A stretch of 64,000 nt of DNA. It comes from a virus. Of the stretch, positions 1 through 8,675 are shown in pieces (within the stretch, counting starts at the first letter, position 1; each line of letters starts with the position of its first letter). The notes beneath the pieces are model-generated. The model did no database searches and was not told the DNA's origin. It was given only the letters and a program-made list of their open reading frames with translations. The translations under genes and the position numbers were made by a program. The DNA lies in IMG/VR virus record IMGVR_UViG_3300029413_000164; one strand, given 5' to 3'.

Positions 1-13
1 TGACGCTGATATT

Positions 14-958
14 ATGCCTTGTAACGGAAATGAAGTAACTGGAACTGACGCAAATAAGTACAGGTCACTGCAAAAAGGCGACCGTCTGTTTTATTCTGAC
101 ACAGGGAAAAAGCTGACCGTAAGTGTTGACTATGTTGTTGACACAAGCTTTGAAGAAATACTAAAAAAAGGTGACAAAATAGATTTTGAGTGGCAAAAAT
201 CCCATTCAACAGAAAAATGCCCATGGAAAGAAAAAACATGGAAGGGCTTCCACAATAGTGACGGCACATTAAATGATACCGGAGAAAGCGCAAAGGCATG
301 GTATGAAATGGACGACTCTGCATATGAAGATATGGGAGTTATTTTCCCGGGAAATACTTATCCAGTGCTTTCATCAGCTAAAATTGATGACTACATTAAT
401 CAGATAAAGACCAGCAATGGCGGCAGCCTGTCGGCGCAGAGAGAGTCGGTAATAAGAGCAGGTCTTCAGTATGTAGGACGCTTCGTTTATGTTTACGCAG
501 GTGGTCACGGTTCGTATCCGAGTAAAGAGACAGCAGCGGCGACAGTTGGAAACAGTGGTGGTGTTGACTGTTCGGGATTCGTATCGTTTGTTACCAATCA
601 GGGTGGAGTATTCCATCATTCGGGAGATACCGGATATACAGCTCAGGGTGCCTGTGACTTTGCTCATTTTGGAAAAGCAACAAGCAAAGGTGCTTTGAAG
701 CCGGGAGATATTGTTGTAAAAAATGCTGAAGCCGGAGGTTCTACAACATCGAACAATCATGTAGTAATATACGGAGGAAAATTTGACACCGGCGACGGCG
801 CAGGCGTAATTGACAGATTTATTGAATGTACCACAACAAATAATTTAGTAGATGGTCAGGAAATACAGGAGTGTTCAGGCAGCCAGATTACAAAGCAGTC
901 AAGAAGTACGTATATTCTTAGCAAGTATATCTATTACAGAAATCCATATGGAGATTAA
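14..958 (+). CDS. NlpC/P60-like cell-wall hydrolase, 5' partial at window edge
   Basis: ORF open to the window start. Cys in the motif VDCSGFVSFV and downstream His (HVVIYGG) resemble the NlpC/P60 Cys/His catalytic arrangement. Confidence 0.5.
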   Translation: MPCNGNEVTGTDANKYRSLQKGDRLFYSDTGKKLTVSVDYVVDTSFEEILKKGDKIDFEWQKSHSTEKCPWKEKTWKGFHNSDGTLNDTGESAKAWYEMDDSAYEDMGVIFPGNTYPVLSSAKIDDYINQIKTSNGGSLSAQRESVIRAGLQYVGRFVYVYAGGHGSYPSKETAAATVGNSGGVDCSGFVSFVTNQGGVFHHSGDTGYTAQGACDFAHFGKATSKGALKPGDIVVKNAEAGGSTTSNNHVVIYGGKFDTGDGAGVIDRFIECTTTNNLVDGQEIQECSGSQITKQSRSTYILSKYIYYRNPYGD

Positions 959-970
959 ATTATACACAGA

Positions 971-1001
971 ACAGAGTGCAAAACAGCACTCTGTTTTTTT
1001 T
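971..1001 (+). terminator. Rho-independent terminator
   Basis: ACAGAGTGC AAAAC AGCACTCTGT followed by a T8 run. Confidence 0.65.
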
Positions 1002-1002
1002 A

Positions 1003-1035
1003 GAGAAAAAATAAATCATACTTAATGTAAAGACA
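1003..1035 (+). promoter_or_regulatory. Element-type promoter
   Basis: AAAAAATAAATCATACTTAATGTAAAG upstream of the 1063 start. Confidence 0.5.
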
Positions 1036-1062
1036 GAAAAATGAAGAAAGGAAGATAAGAGG

Positions 1063-1395
1063 ATGCAAAGTGTTTTTAAGACAATATTAGGAATTTTGAT
1101 TATGGTAATGATTTTGTTCTCAGGGCTTGGTATACTGTGGGCAAATAATGAGGCTGTTGCAGCGGAAAGCTACATTCAAAGAGTTGCGGATGAAGTAAGC
1201 TCGGCAAATCTAAGAACAGACGTGCTGGATGCTGAAGTGGATCAGGCGAAGAAAGACGGATATACACTTTCATACGACGTCATGGATGATAACCACGGTG
1301 TACGTCATTATGTTGTGTTAAAACTTCAGTATCAATACAAAGTAAGTGTTGCCGCATTATCGGGAACCCATGAAAAAACAATGACAGTTTACTAA
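1063..1395 (+). CDS. Small membrane protein (N-terminal TM helix)
   Basis: 110-aa ORF with a hydrophobic N-terminus (ILGILIMVMILFSGLGILWA). Promoter motif at 1003-1035 and a terminator directly upstream. Confidence 0.55.
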   Translation: MQSVFKTILGILIMVMILFSGLGILWANNEAVAAESYIQRVADEVSSANLRTDVLDAEVDQAKKDGYTLSYDVMDDNHGVRHYVVLKLQYQYKVSVAALSGTHEKTMTVY

Positions 1396-1410
1396 AAGGA
1401 GGAACAGAAG

Positions 1411-1518
1411 ATGAAAAAATTATTTGAAGGTATAGGTGAAATGATAGTTTACCTGATAGTGTTTCTCTGCATAATTATAGTACTTGGTATTACATATGGC
1501 AAACTGACATCTTATTAG
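1411..1518 (+). CDS. 35-aa hydrophobic peptide (Flp/pilin-like or holin-like, unassigned)
   Basis: ATG with an AAAGGAGG RBS 7 nt upstream. Single predicted TM segment. Too short for the supplied ORF track. Confidence 0.4.
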   Translation: MKKLFEGIGEMIVYLIVFLCIIIVLGITYGKLTSY

Positions 1519-1535
1519 AAAGGGGAGAAAAAGGC

Positions 1536-1679
1536 TTGAAGAATATATTTGAAGAGATTATGGACATGCTTGTTGAAATATTTCCAATGCTTTTATTCAT
1601 CTCTATCATGGCGGCGCTTGTAATAGGCGGATATATGAATGGATGGCTTGATAAGATAGCATCATGGATGTTTGGTTAG
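1536..1679 (+). CDS. 47-aa hydrophobic peptide (TTG start, alternative ATG at 1560)
   Basis: AGGGGAG RBS 8 nt upstream of the TTG. One TM segment. Confidence 0.35.
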   Translation: MKNIFEEIMDMLVEIFPMLLFISIMAALVIGGYMNGWLDKIASWMFG

Positions 1680-1695
1680 GAAGGAGTGATAACAT

Positions 1696-2334
1696 TTGAA
1701 TAAAATAATGGAGCATATACTTGAAATTGCATTATCAGCAATAATTGTAGTATTTCTCATCATTATTCTCTTTGCTGGAAAAATGAACGGCCAAAACGGT
1801 ATTCTTGCAGCTCTTGGCAATTCAAGATACAACACATTAAGCGATCATGTAAATCAGAATACAACTACAAAAGTAAGAGATGTCATGACAACTTTGCCGG
1901 ATGACTTCAACATAAACTATGTTGACGGCACACAGAAGATTGCCATGGTAGATAATAGTGGTGTGTGGAAAAACCTGTATAACTTTGAGGATTTTATAAC
2001 AATCAGGTATGAAAAAAGTGATTATAAATATGACAAATCATCAAAGAAATGGCTTATAAGAACTGGAAGCGGATATGTCAGCCAGACAGGCAGTGACCAG
2101 AAAAAGTTCAGGGTTTACGTTTCAGCTATCACCGATTCAAATGGTAAAAATGTGCTTTTGTCAGATAAGGTGGAAAATTTAAGTGACGATATTCCCGAAA
2201 AGATTTTGTATGATGAAGATAAGGACTTAATTGCTTGCTTTAATCCGGGGACATATAATTTTACGGCTAAAATTCAGGAAACAAATACAAAGAATGTAAT
2301 AGAAAAAACAATATCTATCCCATTTTCAGAATAA
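1696..2334 (+). CDS. Membrane-anchored protein, 212 aa (TadE/pseudopilin-like topology, unassigned)
   Basis: TTG start with an AAGGAGTG RBS. N-terminal TM helix followed by a soluble domain. Confidence 0.55.
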   Translation: MNKIMEHILEIALSAIIVVFLIIILFAGKMNGQNGILAALGNSRYNTLSDHVNQNTTTKVRDVMTTLPDDFNINYVDGTQKIAMVDNSGVWKNLYNFEDFITIRYEKSDYKYDKSSKKWLIRTGSGYVSQTGSDQKKFRVYVSAITDSNGKNVLLSDKVENLSDDIPEKILYDEDKDLIACFNPGTYNFTAKIQETNTKNVIEKTISIPFSE

Positions 2335-2349
2335 GGAAGAGGTGAAATA

Positions 2350-3069
2350 ATGCGAAATATGATAATCGGAATTTGTTCGGTTGTGTTTTTGCTGATGATC
2401 ATACTTGTAGGTTCTACTGTTTTCGGACGAAACGCAAGACAGACGGAGCTTGACAATGCGCTTAATACATCTATGAAAAATGCACTGGAGACACTTGATT
2501 CAGACCGTAACTACATTCCAAAGACAAACGATGAACTTGTGTCAGTTTTTACACAGCTATTTTTGCAGGAAATTGATTCAAAATCAGACGCAACTGTTGA
2601 AGTTCTTGATGTTGATGTGCAGAAAAAGCTTTTAAGCGCAAAAGCGACATTAACATATAATCATCTTAATGGTAAAAAGGGAACTTTAACATCAACAAAA
2701 ACCATTGTTATGGAACAATCAAAGAACCTGAATGGATTTGTAACGGTGAACTATACGTGGACAGATACAGATCCTGAAACAGGAGCAGCCTACGGAAAAT
2801 CGACCACATTCCATAACTATCAGGACAAATCTCTTAGTGTTAAAGATTCAGCAAAAACATGGAAACTTGCAGCAGCAACAGGTATTAAGGATTCAAATGA
2901 AAGCAGTGATGAGTCAACATATGAAGACGTTAAGTCAGTTGACTTCAAGGATGCAGCGGGTAATAAGGTAACACTTAAGGTTGGAGAGTCATACTCATGC
3001 GACACATTGAGTAAAATAAAAATTGACAATGTTGATGTGTACAGCTCGTTAAATTTTACACAAAATTAG
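2350..3069 (+). CDS. Membrane-anchored protein, 239 aa
   Basis: N-terminal TM helix (IIGICSVVFLLMIILVG). RBS GGAAGAGGTG. Followed by terminator 3076-3106. Confidence 0.6.
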   Translation: MRNMIIGICSVVFLLMIILVGSTVFGRNARQTELDNALNTSMKNALETLDSDRNYIPKTNDELVSVFTQLFLQEIDSKSDATVEVLDVDVQKKLLSAKATLTYNHLNGKKGTLTSTKTIVMEQSKNLNGFVTVNYTWTDTDPETGAAYGKSTTFHNYQDKSLSVKDSAKTWKLAAATGIKDSNESSDESTYEDVKSVDFKDAAGNKVTLKVGESYSCDTLSKIKIDNVDVYSSLNFTQN

Positions 3070-3075
3070 AAAAAA

Positions 3076-3106
3076 GCCTGTCATTTTTATAATGGCAGGC
3101 TTTTTG
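3076..3106 (+). terminator. Rho-independent terminator
   Basis: GCCTGTCAT...ATGGCAGGC hairpin followed by TTTTT. Confidence 0.65.
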
Positions 3107-3109
3107 CGT

Positions 3110-3140
3110 GCAAAAAAATATCATACTTATGATGAGAGAC
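3110..3140 (+). promoter_or_regulatory. Element-type promoter
   Basis: AAAAAAATATCATACTTATGATG upstream of the 3172 start. Confidence 0.5.
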
Positions 3141-3171
3141 TGTACAAAAGCGGTAGAAAGGATTTAAAAAA

Positions 3172-4236
3172 ATGGTTAAAGCTGCAGACGCAAAGGAAAG
3201 TATTAAAAATGTGCTTTTGGATGACAAAAAACAAAGAAAAATACGCAGGGGGCTTGTAGCTGGAGGTATAGTAATTGTACTTGCAGTAATGATAGTCGGC
3301 ATAAAAAATTTAAGAAACAATAACAGCCCGGGCAATCTGGCAAAAAAAGCTTATGAATATATAAATGATGGCACTTATTCAATGGAAGTTGACGGCAAGA
3401 CAGATATTACATGTACGTTTGAAAAATTTTCACTGCCTCTTAGTACAACGCTCACTACAAATGGAACGATTGATTCTGATGGCACCAATAAGAACATTAA
3501 GCTTACTTTAAACGGCGATATGAGTTCTGTTCTTGGAAATGACAAATATGAAGATACAAGCGTACAGATTTACACAAACGGAAAGAAAGCCTATTATGGC
3601 ATTGGTGATGAATTCACATGGAAAAAAGTATCAGATAAAAATATAATGAAGGCGGAAGCTGACTCGCCGCAGCAAGTATTAATCAGTTTAAAACAGGTAC
3701 CTGAGAGCAAGTTTTTAAAAGCTTTTTCAGATGGAAAAATTAAGGAAAAAGGCGATAAGACTATACTTACCGGAAAGCTTGACTTCACAAAACTGCGAAA
3801 TAGTAAAATAAAAGACCAGCTGTACGTGCTGTATGGAATGAACGATGTAAAAAAACTGACAGGTACAATATCCGTCACCTTTGACGCTGGGATACCCGTT
3901 TCAGGTGAAATTAAAATAGATGCTAAAAATACTGCGTCAGCAGATGATATGTACAACAAAATGAAAATAAAGGATGATGGAACACAGTCAGGCGAGACAA
4001 CGGATGTATATGACCAGATGAATGTTGACGATTATGTCACGGATGATAATTCTCTTGGAAATATGGTAACAGAAATAAACGGCAGTGTATCATTTACTTT
4101 TAATAAGCTTAAGGACGATATTGAAATTCCTGACATGTCGAAAGAAAAAGAAACAAAAGATACATCTGACGTGCCGTTGGAATGGTGCGGACTTAATAAT
4201 ACAATCAATTATTATTATTTGAAAGGGGACAAATAA
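3172..4236 (+). CDS. Membrane-anchored protein, 354 aa
   Basis: Single TM helix after a basic N-terminus, then a large soluble domain. Promoter motif at 3110-3140. Confidence 0.6.
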   Translation: MVKAADAKESIKNVLLDDKKQRKIRRGLVAGGIVIVLAVMIVGIKNLRNNNSPGNLAKKAYEYINDGTYSMEVDGKTDITCTFEKFSLPLSTTLTTNGTIDSDGTNKNIKLTLNGDMSSVLGNDKYEDTSVQIYTNGKKAYYGIGDEFTWKKVSDKNIMKAEADSPQQVLISLKQVPESKFLKAFSDGKIKEKGDKTILTGKLDFTKLRNSKIKDQLYVLYGMNDVKKLTGTISVTFDAGIPVSGEIKIDAKNTASADDMYNKMKIKDDGTQSGETTDVYDQMNVDDYVTDDNSLGNMVTEINGSVSFTFNKLKDDIEIPDMSKEKETKDTSDVPLEWCGLNNTINYYYLKGDK

Positions 4237-4241
4237 AGAAT

Positions 4242-5513
4242 ATGGCAGTAGTTAAAGCCTTTAAATGGATGCGTTTTTTAAGTGACGCTGATGAAATAAG
4301 AAAGAAAAAAGAAAAGACTAAAGACACAAATCCGGCTGAAATGCAAAAGTATAAAGATGCAGTCCATCTGCGAAATCTGGCTTTTGTGGAGCTTTTAAGA
4401 GCTGGAATACCATTTATATGCATAGAAGATGACGATATTATAAGAATAAGCCTTGATGAAACAAGCTATGATATTGACATCGCAACTGTAAAGTCTGCAA
4501 TGAATGATGAAGAGTACGACAGGATAATCAACAAAACGGACTTCTCAGATGGGTTCAACCCTGATAAAGAGATTGCAGTAGATGAACAGAAGAACAGTGA
4601 ATTTGAAATTTTGCAGCAGAAAATTGCTAGTTATGGAAGTGCTGAGGAACCAGACAGCAAAAAGGATGCGCCAAAAAGAACACACAGCGGTGAAAGTTCG
4701 TTTATTAATAAGGAGACTGCCACACATTCTGCAAGTGATCCGGATGCCAAGGATTATAATGAAGTGTTTGATTATCGTGTTGACACTGATGGAATAATAA
4801 GGGCAATCAACACAAAGGAAATTGCAGTTATCGGCATAGAACGCGGAATCGGAACAACACATACCGTTATGTTTATGGCACAGGTTCTGGCTAAGAATAC
4901 AGGTAAAAAAGTTGCAATTGTTGAGATTAACGGTTCTGGAACAATGCGAAACCTTGGGGAGTGGATACTTGGCCGGGAGATAGAAACCAACAATTATCCG
5001 CTCGGCAGTGTTGACGTATATTTTGAAATGGATTATCTTACATTTACCACAATGTACAAGGATGATTACGACTTTGTTATTGTCGATTTCGGCTGTTACA
5101 GCAGAAAACGCGAGTCAATGAAAGAGTTTATTAGAATTCAGAACAAGTATATCGTGGCAAGCGGTATTGACTGGAATCTTGGAAAACTTGAGGATTTTTA
5201 TGATGATTTCATTGTTGACAAGTACCATACGTCGGTATACCTTATTCCGTATCTTGAAGATGAAAAGCTTGAGCCGGTAAAGAAAATCGTAAGACCTAAT
5301 AAGGTATATTCAATGCCGTTTGTAATAAATCCATTCATGCCGGATAACAGAGAGTATGAAGATTATATATTAAAAGTTCTGGATGAATATACAGAGCCAG
5401 AACACGGTGAGGAATATGATGAGCCTGAAAAACAGGGCTTTTTCGACAGCCTGAAAGAAAAGTTTAGGTTCGGAAAGAAAAAGGAAGGTGAAAAGGATGC
5501 CGGGGAAGAATAG
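4242..5513 (+). CDS. ParA/MinD-fold protein with a degenerate P-loop (TadZ/CpaE-like pseudo-ATPase)
   Basis: IAVIGIERGIGTTHT occupies the position of the deviant Walker A KGGxGKT(T/S). A DYDFVIVDFG Walker-B-like stretch follows at the right spacing. The extra N-terminal domain is reminiscent of the TadZ receiver-like region. Confidence 0.5.
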   Translation: MAVVKAFKWMRFLSDADEIRKKKEKTKDTNPAEMQKYKDAVHLRNLAFVELLRAGIPFICIEDDDIIRISLDETSYDIDIATVKSAMNDEEYDRIINKTDFSDGFNPDKEIAVDEQKNSEFEILQQKIASYGSAEEPDSKKDAPKRTHSGESSFINKETATHSASDPDAKDYNEVFDYRVDTDGIIRAINTKEIAVIGIERGIGTTHTVMFMAQVLAKNTGKKVAIVEINGSGTMRNLGEWILGREIETNNYPLGSVDVYFEMDYLTFTTMYKDDYDFVIVDFGCYSRKRESMKEFIRIQNKYIVASGIDWNLGKLEDFYDDFIVDKYHTSVYLIPYLEDEKLEPVKKIVRPNKVYSMPFVINPFMPDNREYEDYILKVLDEYTEPEHGEEYDEPEKQGFFDSLKEKFRFGKKKEGEKDAGEE

Positions 5514-5829
5514 AGAAGTAGAGAAAACACATTCGAATGGAATGGCTGACATGTTCAGAGACAGAATAGAAGAAAGCCAGAGCGGGTTTGATGATGAACC
5601 GGAGGTAACAAAGGAAGCGCTTCAGGCTGGCAAGGCCGTCGCCGATGTCATTGGCGCAGGAGAAAAACAGGTCAGTAAATTTGCTTCTGTTGTGATTACA
5701 ATAATTGCAATATTTGTGCTCCTTGCAGCGCTCGAAATTGTGGCTTTATTATTTATGCCGAGTATCGGATATGAGATATTGTATAAAATAAATGATTTGT
5801 GGCAGATGCGCCCGCAGAGAAGAATCTAA
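5488..5829 (+). CDS. Small protein with a C-terminal TM helix
   Basis: 113-aa ORF overlapping the previous stop (possible start at 5497). C-terminal hydrophobic segment. Confidence 0.45.
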   Translation: MKRMPGKNREVEKTHSNGMADMFRDRIEESQSGFDDEPEVTKEALQAGKAVADVIGAGEKQVSKFASVVITIIAIFVLLAALEIVALLFMPSIGYEILYKINDLWQMRPQRRI

Positions 5830-5832
5830 GAA

Positions 5833-5860
5833 AGCACCGGTTTTTGCCGGTGCTTATTTT
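5833..5860 (+). terminator. Rho-independent terminator
   Basis: Hairpin GCACCGG...CCGGTGC followed by a T-run. Confidence 0.6.
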
Positions 5861-6002
5861 AACACGCCGTAAGCAAGAAATCCCCCACCTCTATAGGTGG
5901 TGGAATGAATTGCGGATTACACGGCGTTTTTGACTTTTCTATTTTATTATGTTATAATATATTTATAAATCAGTCGTATTTAGCAGAAAAGGTATAAGTG
6001 TA

Positions 6003-6410
6003 ATGAAATTAGATACAAATAATCATTCAGTGTTCATGTTGCATTATCATCTGATTATGTGCGTAAAATATCGAAATAAGGTAATAGATGATATTATTTC
6101 TAATCGTTTAAAAGAGATATTTGAAAAGATTGCTCCTACTTATAATATTGTATTAGAAGAGTGGAATCATGATATAGATCATGTACATATTTTGTTTAGG
6201 GGACAACCAAATACAGAAATCAGCAAATTCATCAATGCATATAAATCAGCAAGTAGCAGACTCATAAAGAAAGAATTTCCTCAAATACGTAAATCTTTAT
6301 GGAAAGAAATGTTCTGGTCACAGAGTTTTTGTCTACTGACTACAAGTGGAGTTACTGTAGATATTATTAAACAGTATATAGCATCACAGGGAAAGAAAAA
6401 TGGCAAATAA
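6003..6410 (+). CDS. tnpA: IS200-type Y1 (HUH) transposase
   Basis: 135-aa ORF with an HxH motif (HVHILF) and a C-terminal Tyr region (IIKQYIASQ). Confidence 0.8.
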   Translation: MKLDTNNHSVFMLHYHLIMCVKYRNKVIDDIISNRLKEIFEKIAPTYNIVLEEWNHDIDHVHILFRGQPNTEISKFINAYKSASSRLIKKEFPQIRKSLWKEMFWSQSFCLLTTSGVTVDIIKQYIASQGKKNGK

Positions 6411-7554
6411 AGCAATTAAATATCGCATATATCCTACAACTGAACGGAGAGTTATGTTTACTAAGACCTTTGGTTGTTGCCGCAAGGTCTATAATCTTAT
6501 GCTTGCAGATAAGATTGAGGGTTATAAAGCGACTGGGAAATTCCCTACTGTAACGCCTGCTAAGTATAAGGAAGATTATCCTTATCTTAAAGAAGTAGAC
6601 AGTCTTGCGCTTGCCAATAAACAGATGGATTTACAAGCAGCGTTTCGTAATAGATTCAATAAAAAACGTAAAAAGAAAAGTGAATTTCCTAAATTCAAAT
6701 CCGCAAAACATAGCCGCAAGTCTTATACTACGAATAATCAAAACGGCACAGTGGCTATTATAAATAATAAATATATCAAGTTACCTAAAATTGGTAAAGT
6801 GAAAGCCGTTATTCATCGTATTCCTAATGATAATTGGACTGTCAAGTCTGCTACTATATCACTAGCGTCAGATGGTAAGTATTATGCTTCTGTTCTTTTT
6901 GAATTTGATGAAATAGAAAATACCTATATAGCTGATAAAACTAACGCTATCGGATTAGATTATGCGTCTAATGGCTTATACGTAGATAATAATGGCAACG
7001 TAGGTACGAACCATAAGTATTATCGTGAAAGTTATGATAAGCTTGCCAAAGAACAACGCAAACTGTCTCGTATGCAAGGCTCTAAAAAGAATGAAGATAA
7101 GTCTAATAACTATATTAAACAGCTTCATAAAGTAAACAAAATTCATAGACATATTGCTAATCAACGTTTGGACAACTTACATAAAATATCTACTGAGATA
7201 GCCAATCAGTATGATGTTGTCTGCGTAGAGACGCTTAATATGAAAGCAATAGCAAATAAAAAATTTGGTAATGGTAAAGCTACTATGGATAACGGATATG
7301 GAATGCTTTTATCTATGCTTGAATATAAGCTATCTGATAGAAATAAGTATTTCGTAAAAGTGGATAAGTGGTTTCCGTCATCACAAATTTGTCATTGTTG
7401 TGGTACACGGCATCCAGAAATGAAGGATTTAGCTAATCGCAAAATGATATGTGATTGTGGTCTTATAATGAATCGTGACCAAAACGCAGCTATCAATATT
7501 TTGAATGAAGGATTACGCCTGCTTACTGAACGCTTGCTTAGTGAAGCGGCATAA
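6400..7554 (+). CDS. tnpB: TnpB (OrfB) RuvC-like protein
   Basis: 384-aa ORF with an N-terminal YRIYPT motif and a C-terminal zinc finger CHCCG...CDCG followed by DQNAAINI. Confidence 0.8.
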   Translation: MANKAIKYRIYPTTERRVMFTKTFGCCRKVYNLMLADKIEGYKATGKFPTVTPAKYKEDYPYLKEVDSLALANKQMDLQAAFRNRFNKKRKKKSEFPKFKSAKHSRKSYTTNNQNGTVAIINNKYIKLPKIGKVKAVIHRIPNDNWTVKSATISLASDGKYYASVLFEFDEIENTYIADKTNAIGLDYASNGLYVDNNGNVGTNHKYYRESYDKLAKEQRKLSRMQGSKKNEDKSNNYIKQLHKVNKIHRHIANQRLDNLHKISTEIANQYDVVCVETLNMKAIANKKFGNGKATMDNGYGMLLSMLEYKLSDRNKYFVKVDKWFPSSQICHCCGTRHPEMKDLANRKMICDCGLIMNRDQNAAINILNEGLRLLTERLLSEAA

Positions 7555-7700
7555 TCAAAATATACAGTAGGGATGGAATAGCCCAAACTTATACGCCTGT
7601 GGACATTATGTAAGACATTGAGCCGCGTAACATCGCGACTAACGCAGTGGTGGTCGAAGCAGGAAGCTCCGACTCCTATAAGTCGGAGTAGTTCACATCA
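7540..7700 (+). ncRNA. Candidate ωRNA/right-end RNA of the IS
   Basis: Region between the 3' end of tnpB and the right-end hairpin. Locally GC-richer with stem-loops. Inferred by analogy with IS605 TnpB systems. Confidence 0.35.
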
Positions 7701-8484
7701 TGTTTTCAATGTCCTCATAATGTTGAGGTTCAGGAAAGGAAGCGAACAATTCATATCCATGATCTTCCATCCACTTTGTGTATTCAGCATATTCCTCATA
7801 TTCCTTTTTAATTTCATCAAGAGCTTCTGCTGCATGCGGATTTTTGTTATTGTCCGGATGATACATTCTGACAAGATTCTTGTAAACCTTCTTTGCTTCT
7901 TCTGATGACATGTTCTGATACATTATCGGCCTGTATTTAACGGACTTTGGAGCATCGTAATTTGCGAAAATTTCATCGCGAAGCTGCATATTGTGCTCTT
8001 TAAGCTTCTTACTGCGGTTAATCATATCAATCACGTAATCAGGTCTTGAGTATTTAACAACAGAATTTGTATAAGTGTCCTGTATCGTGAGGTTTCCAAC
8101 GACGAGTCCCTCAAGAAGACTGTATCCTATGATTACAGCGCCTATGATAAAAATAAACTTAATACCCGTAACTGCCCATAAAACACCACCGCCGAACAGT
8201 GCTATAAAGCCAAATATGTAAAGCTTCCAGAATTTCATGCGATATAGTATTTCAAGCACAGCATTTGAAAGCATAAGTGACAGCAGCAGGCGACCGTAGT
8301 TTTTCTTTAATCCTTCCGGAGTTTCAAGCCAGTCACCCATGCCTCTTTTCTTTTCGGCTTCAGTAAGTTCTCTTTTGTCATTATTAATAAGCAGTATACG
8401 GTCTATAACCCTGATAAATTTTAAGGCATCATCATTCCTTCTGCCTTGATTCTCAGCTTCTTTGTTTATGTCATTTTTGCTCAT
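7693..8484 (-). CDS. J-domain (DnaJ-like) membrane protein
   Basis: C-terminal HPD motif (YHPDNN), 2-3 internal TM segments. Minus-strand promoter motif at 8529-8590. Confidence 0.6.
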   Translation of the reverse strand: MSKNDINKEAENQGRRNDDALKFIRVIDRILLINNDKRELTEAEKKRGMGDWLETPEGLKKNYGRLLLSLMLSNAVLEILYRMKFWKLYIFGFIALFGGGVLWAVTGIKFIFIIGAVIIGYSLLEGLVVGNLTIQDTYTNSVVKYSRPDYVIDMINRSKKLKEHNMQLRDEIFANYDAPKSVKYRPIMYQNMSSEEAKKVYKNLVRMYHPDNNKNPHAAEALDEIKKEYEEYAEYTKWMEDHGYELFASFPEPQHYEDIENMM

Positions 8485-8528
8485 AATATACCTCTATTTT
8501 TCTGTATGTGAGTTTTCTTATTATTTAT

Positions 8529-8590
8529 ATTTCCATATATAGTATGTCAGAATCAAAAAGCACAAACAGTTTTCCATATAAGATTTTATC
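8529..8590 (-). promoter_or_regulatory. Element-type promoter (minus strand) for the J-domain gene
   Basis: On the minus strand the upstream element CTTATATGGAAAAC is followed about 18 nt later by GACATACTATATATGG. Confidence 0.5.
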
Positions 8591-8614
8591 ACATTGTAGC
8601 TAAAATTTCAGAAA

Positions 8615-8645
8615 AAAAATAAAAAACATACTATGTTTATCAATA
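8615..8645 (+). promoter_or_regulatory. Element-type promoter
   Basis: AAAAAACATACTATGTTTAT, 40 bp upstream of the 8676 start. Confidence 0.5.
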
Positions 8646-8675
8646 GATAATTTCATTTTTCAGGAGGAAAAGGAT

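Larger units (their letters stand above)
5860..7700 (+). mobile_element. IS200/IS605-family insertion sequence (tnpA + tnpB)
   Basis: Y1 transposase and TnpB ORFs are flanked by subterminal hairpins: 5881-5901 (CCACCTCTATAGGTGG) and 7665-7690 (CTCCGACTCCTATAAGTCGGAG). No element-type promoter inside. Confidence 0.7.

Noticed and set aside
1411-1679. Calling the two 35-47-aa hydrophobic peptides Flp pilins
   Set aside because: Neither has the G/xxxxEY prepilin motif at a sensible position: E is at +3 or +1 rather than +5. They are left as unassigned hydrophobic peptides.
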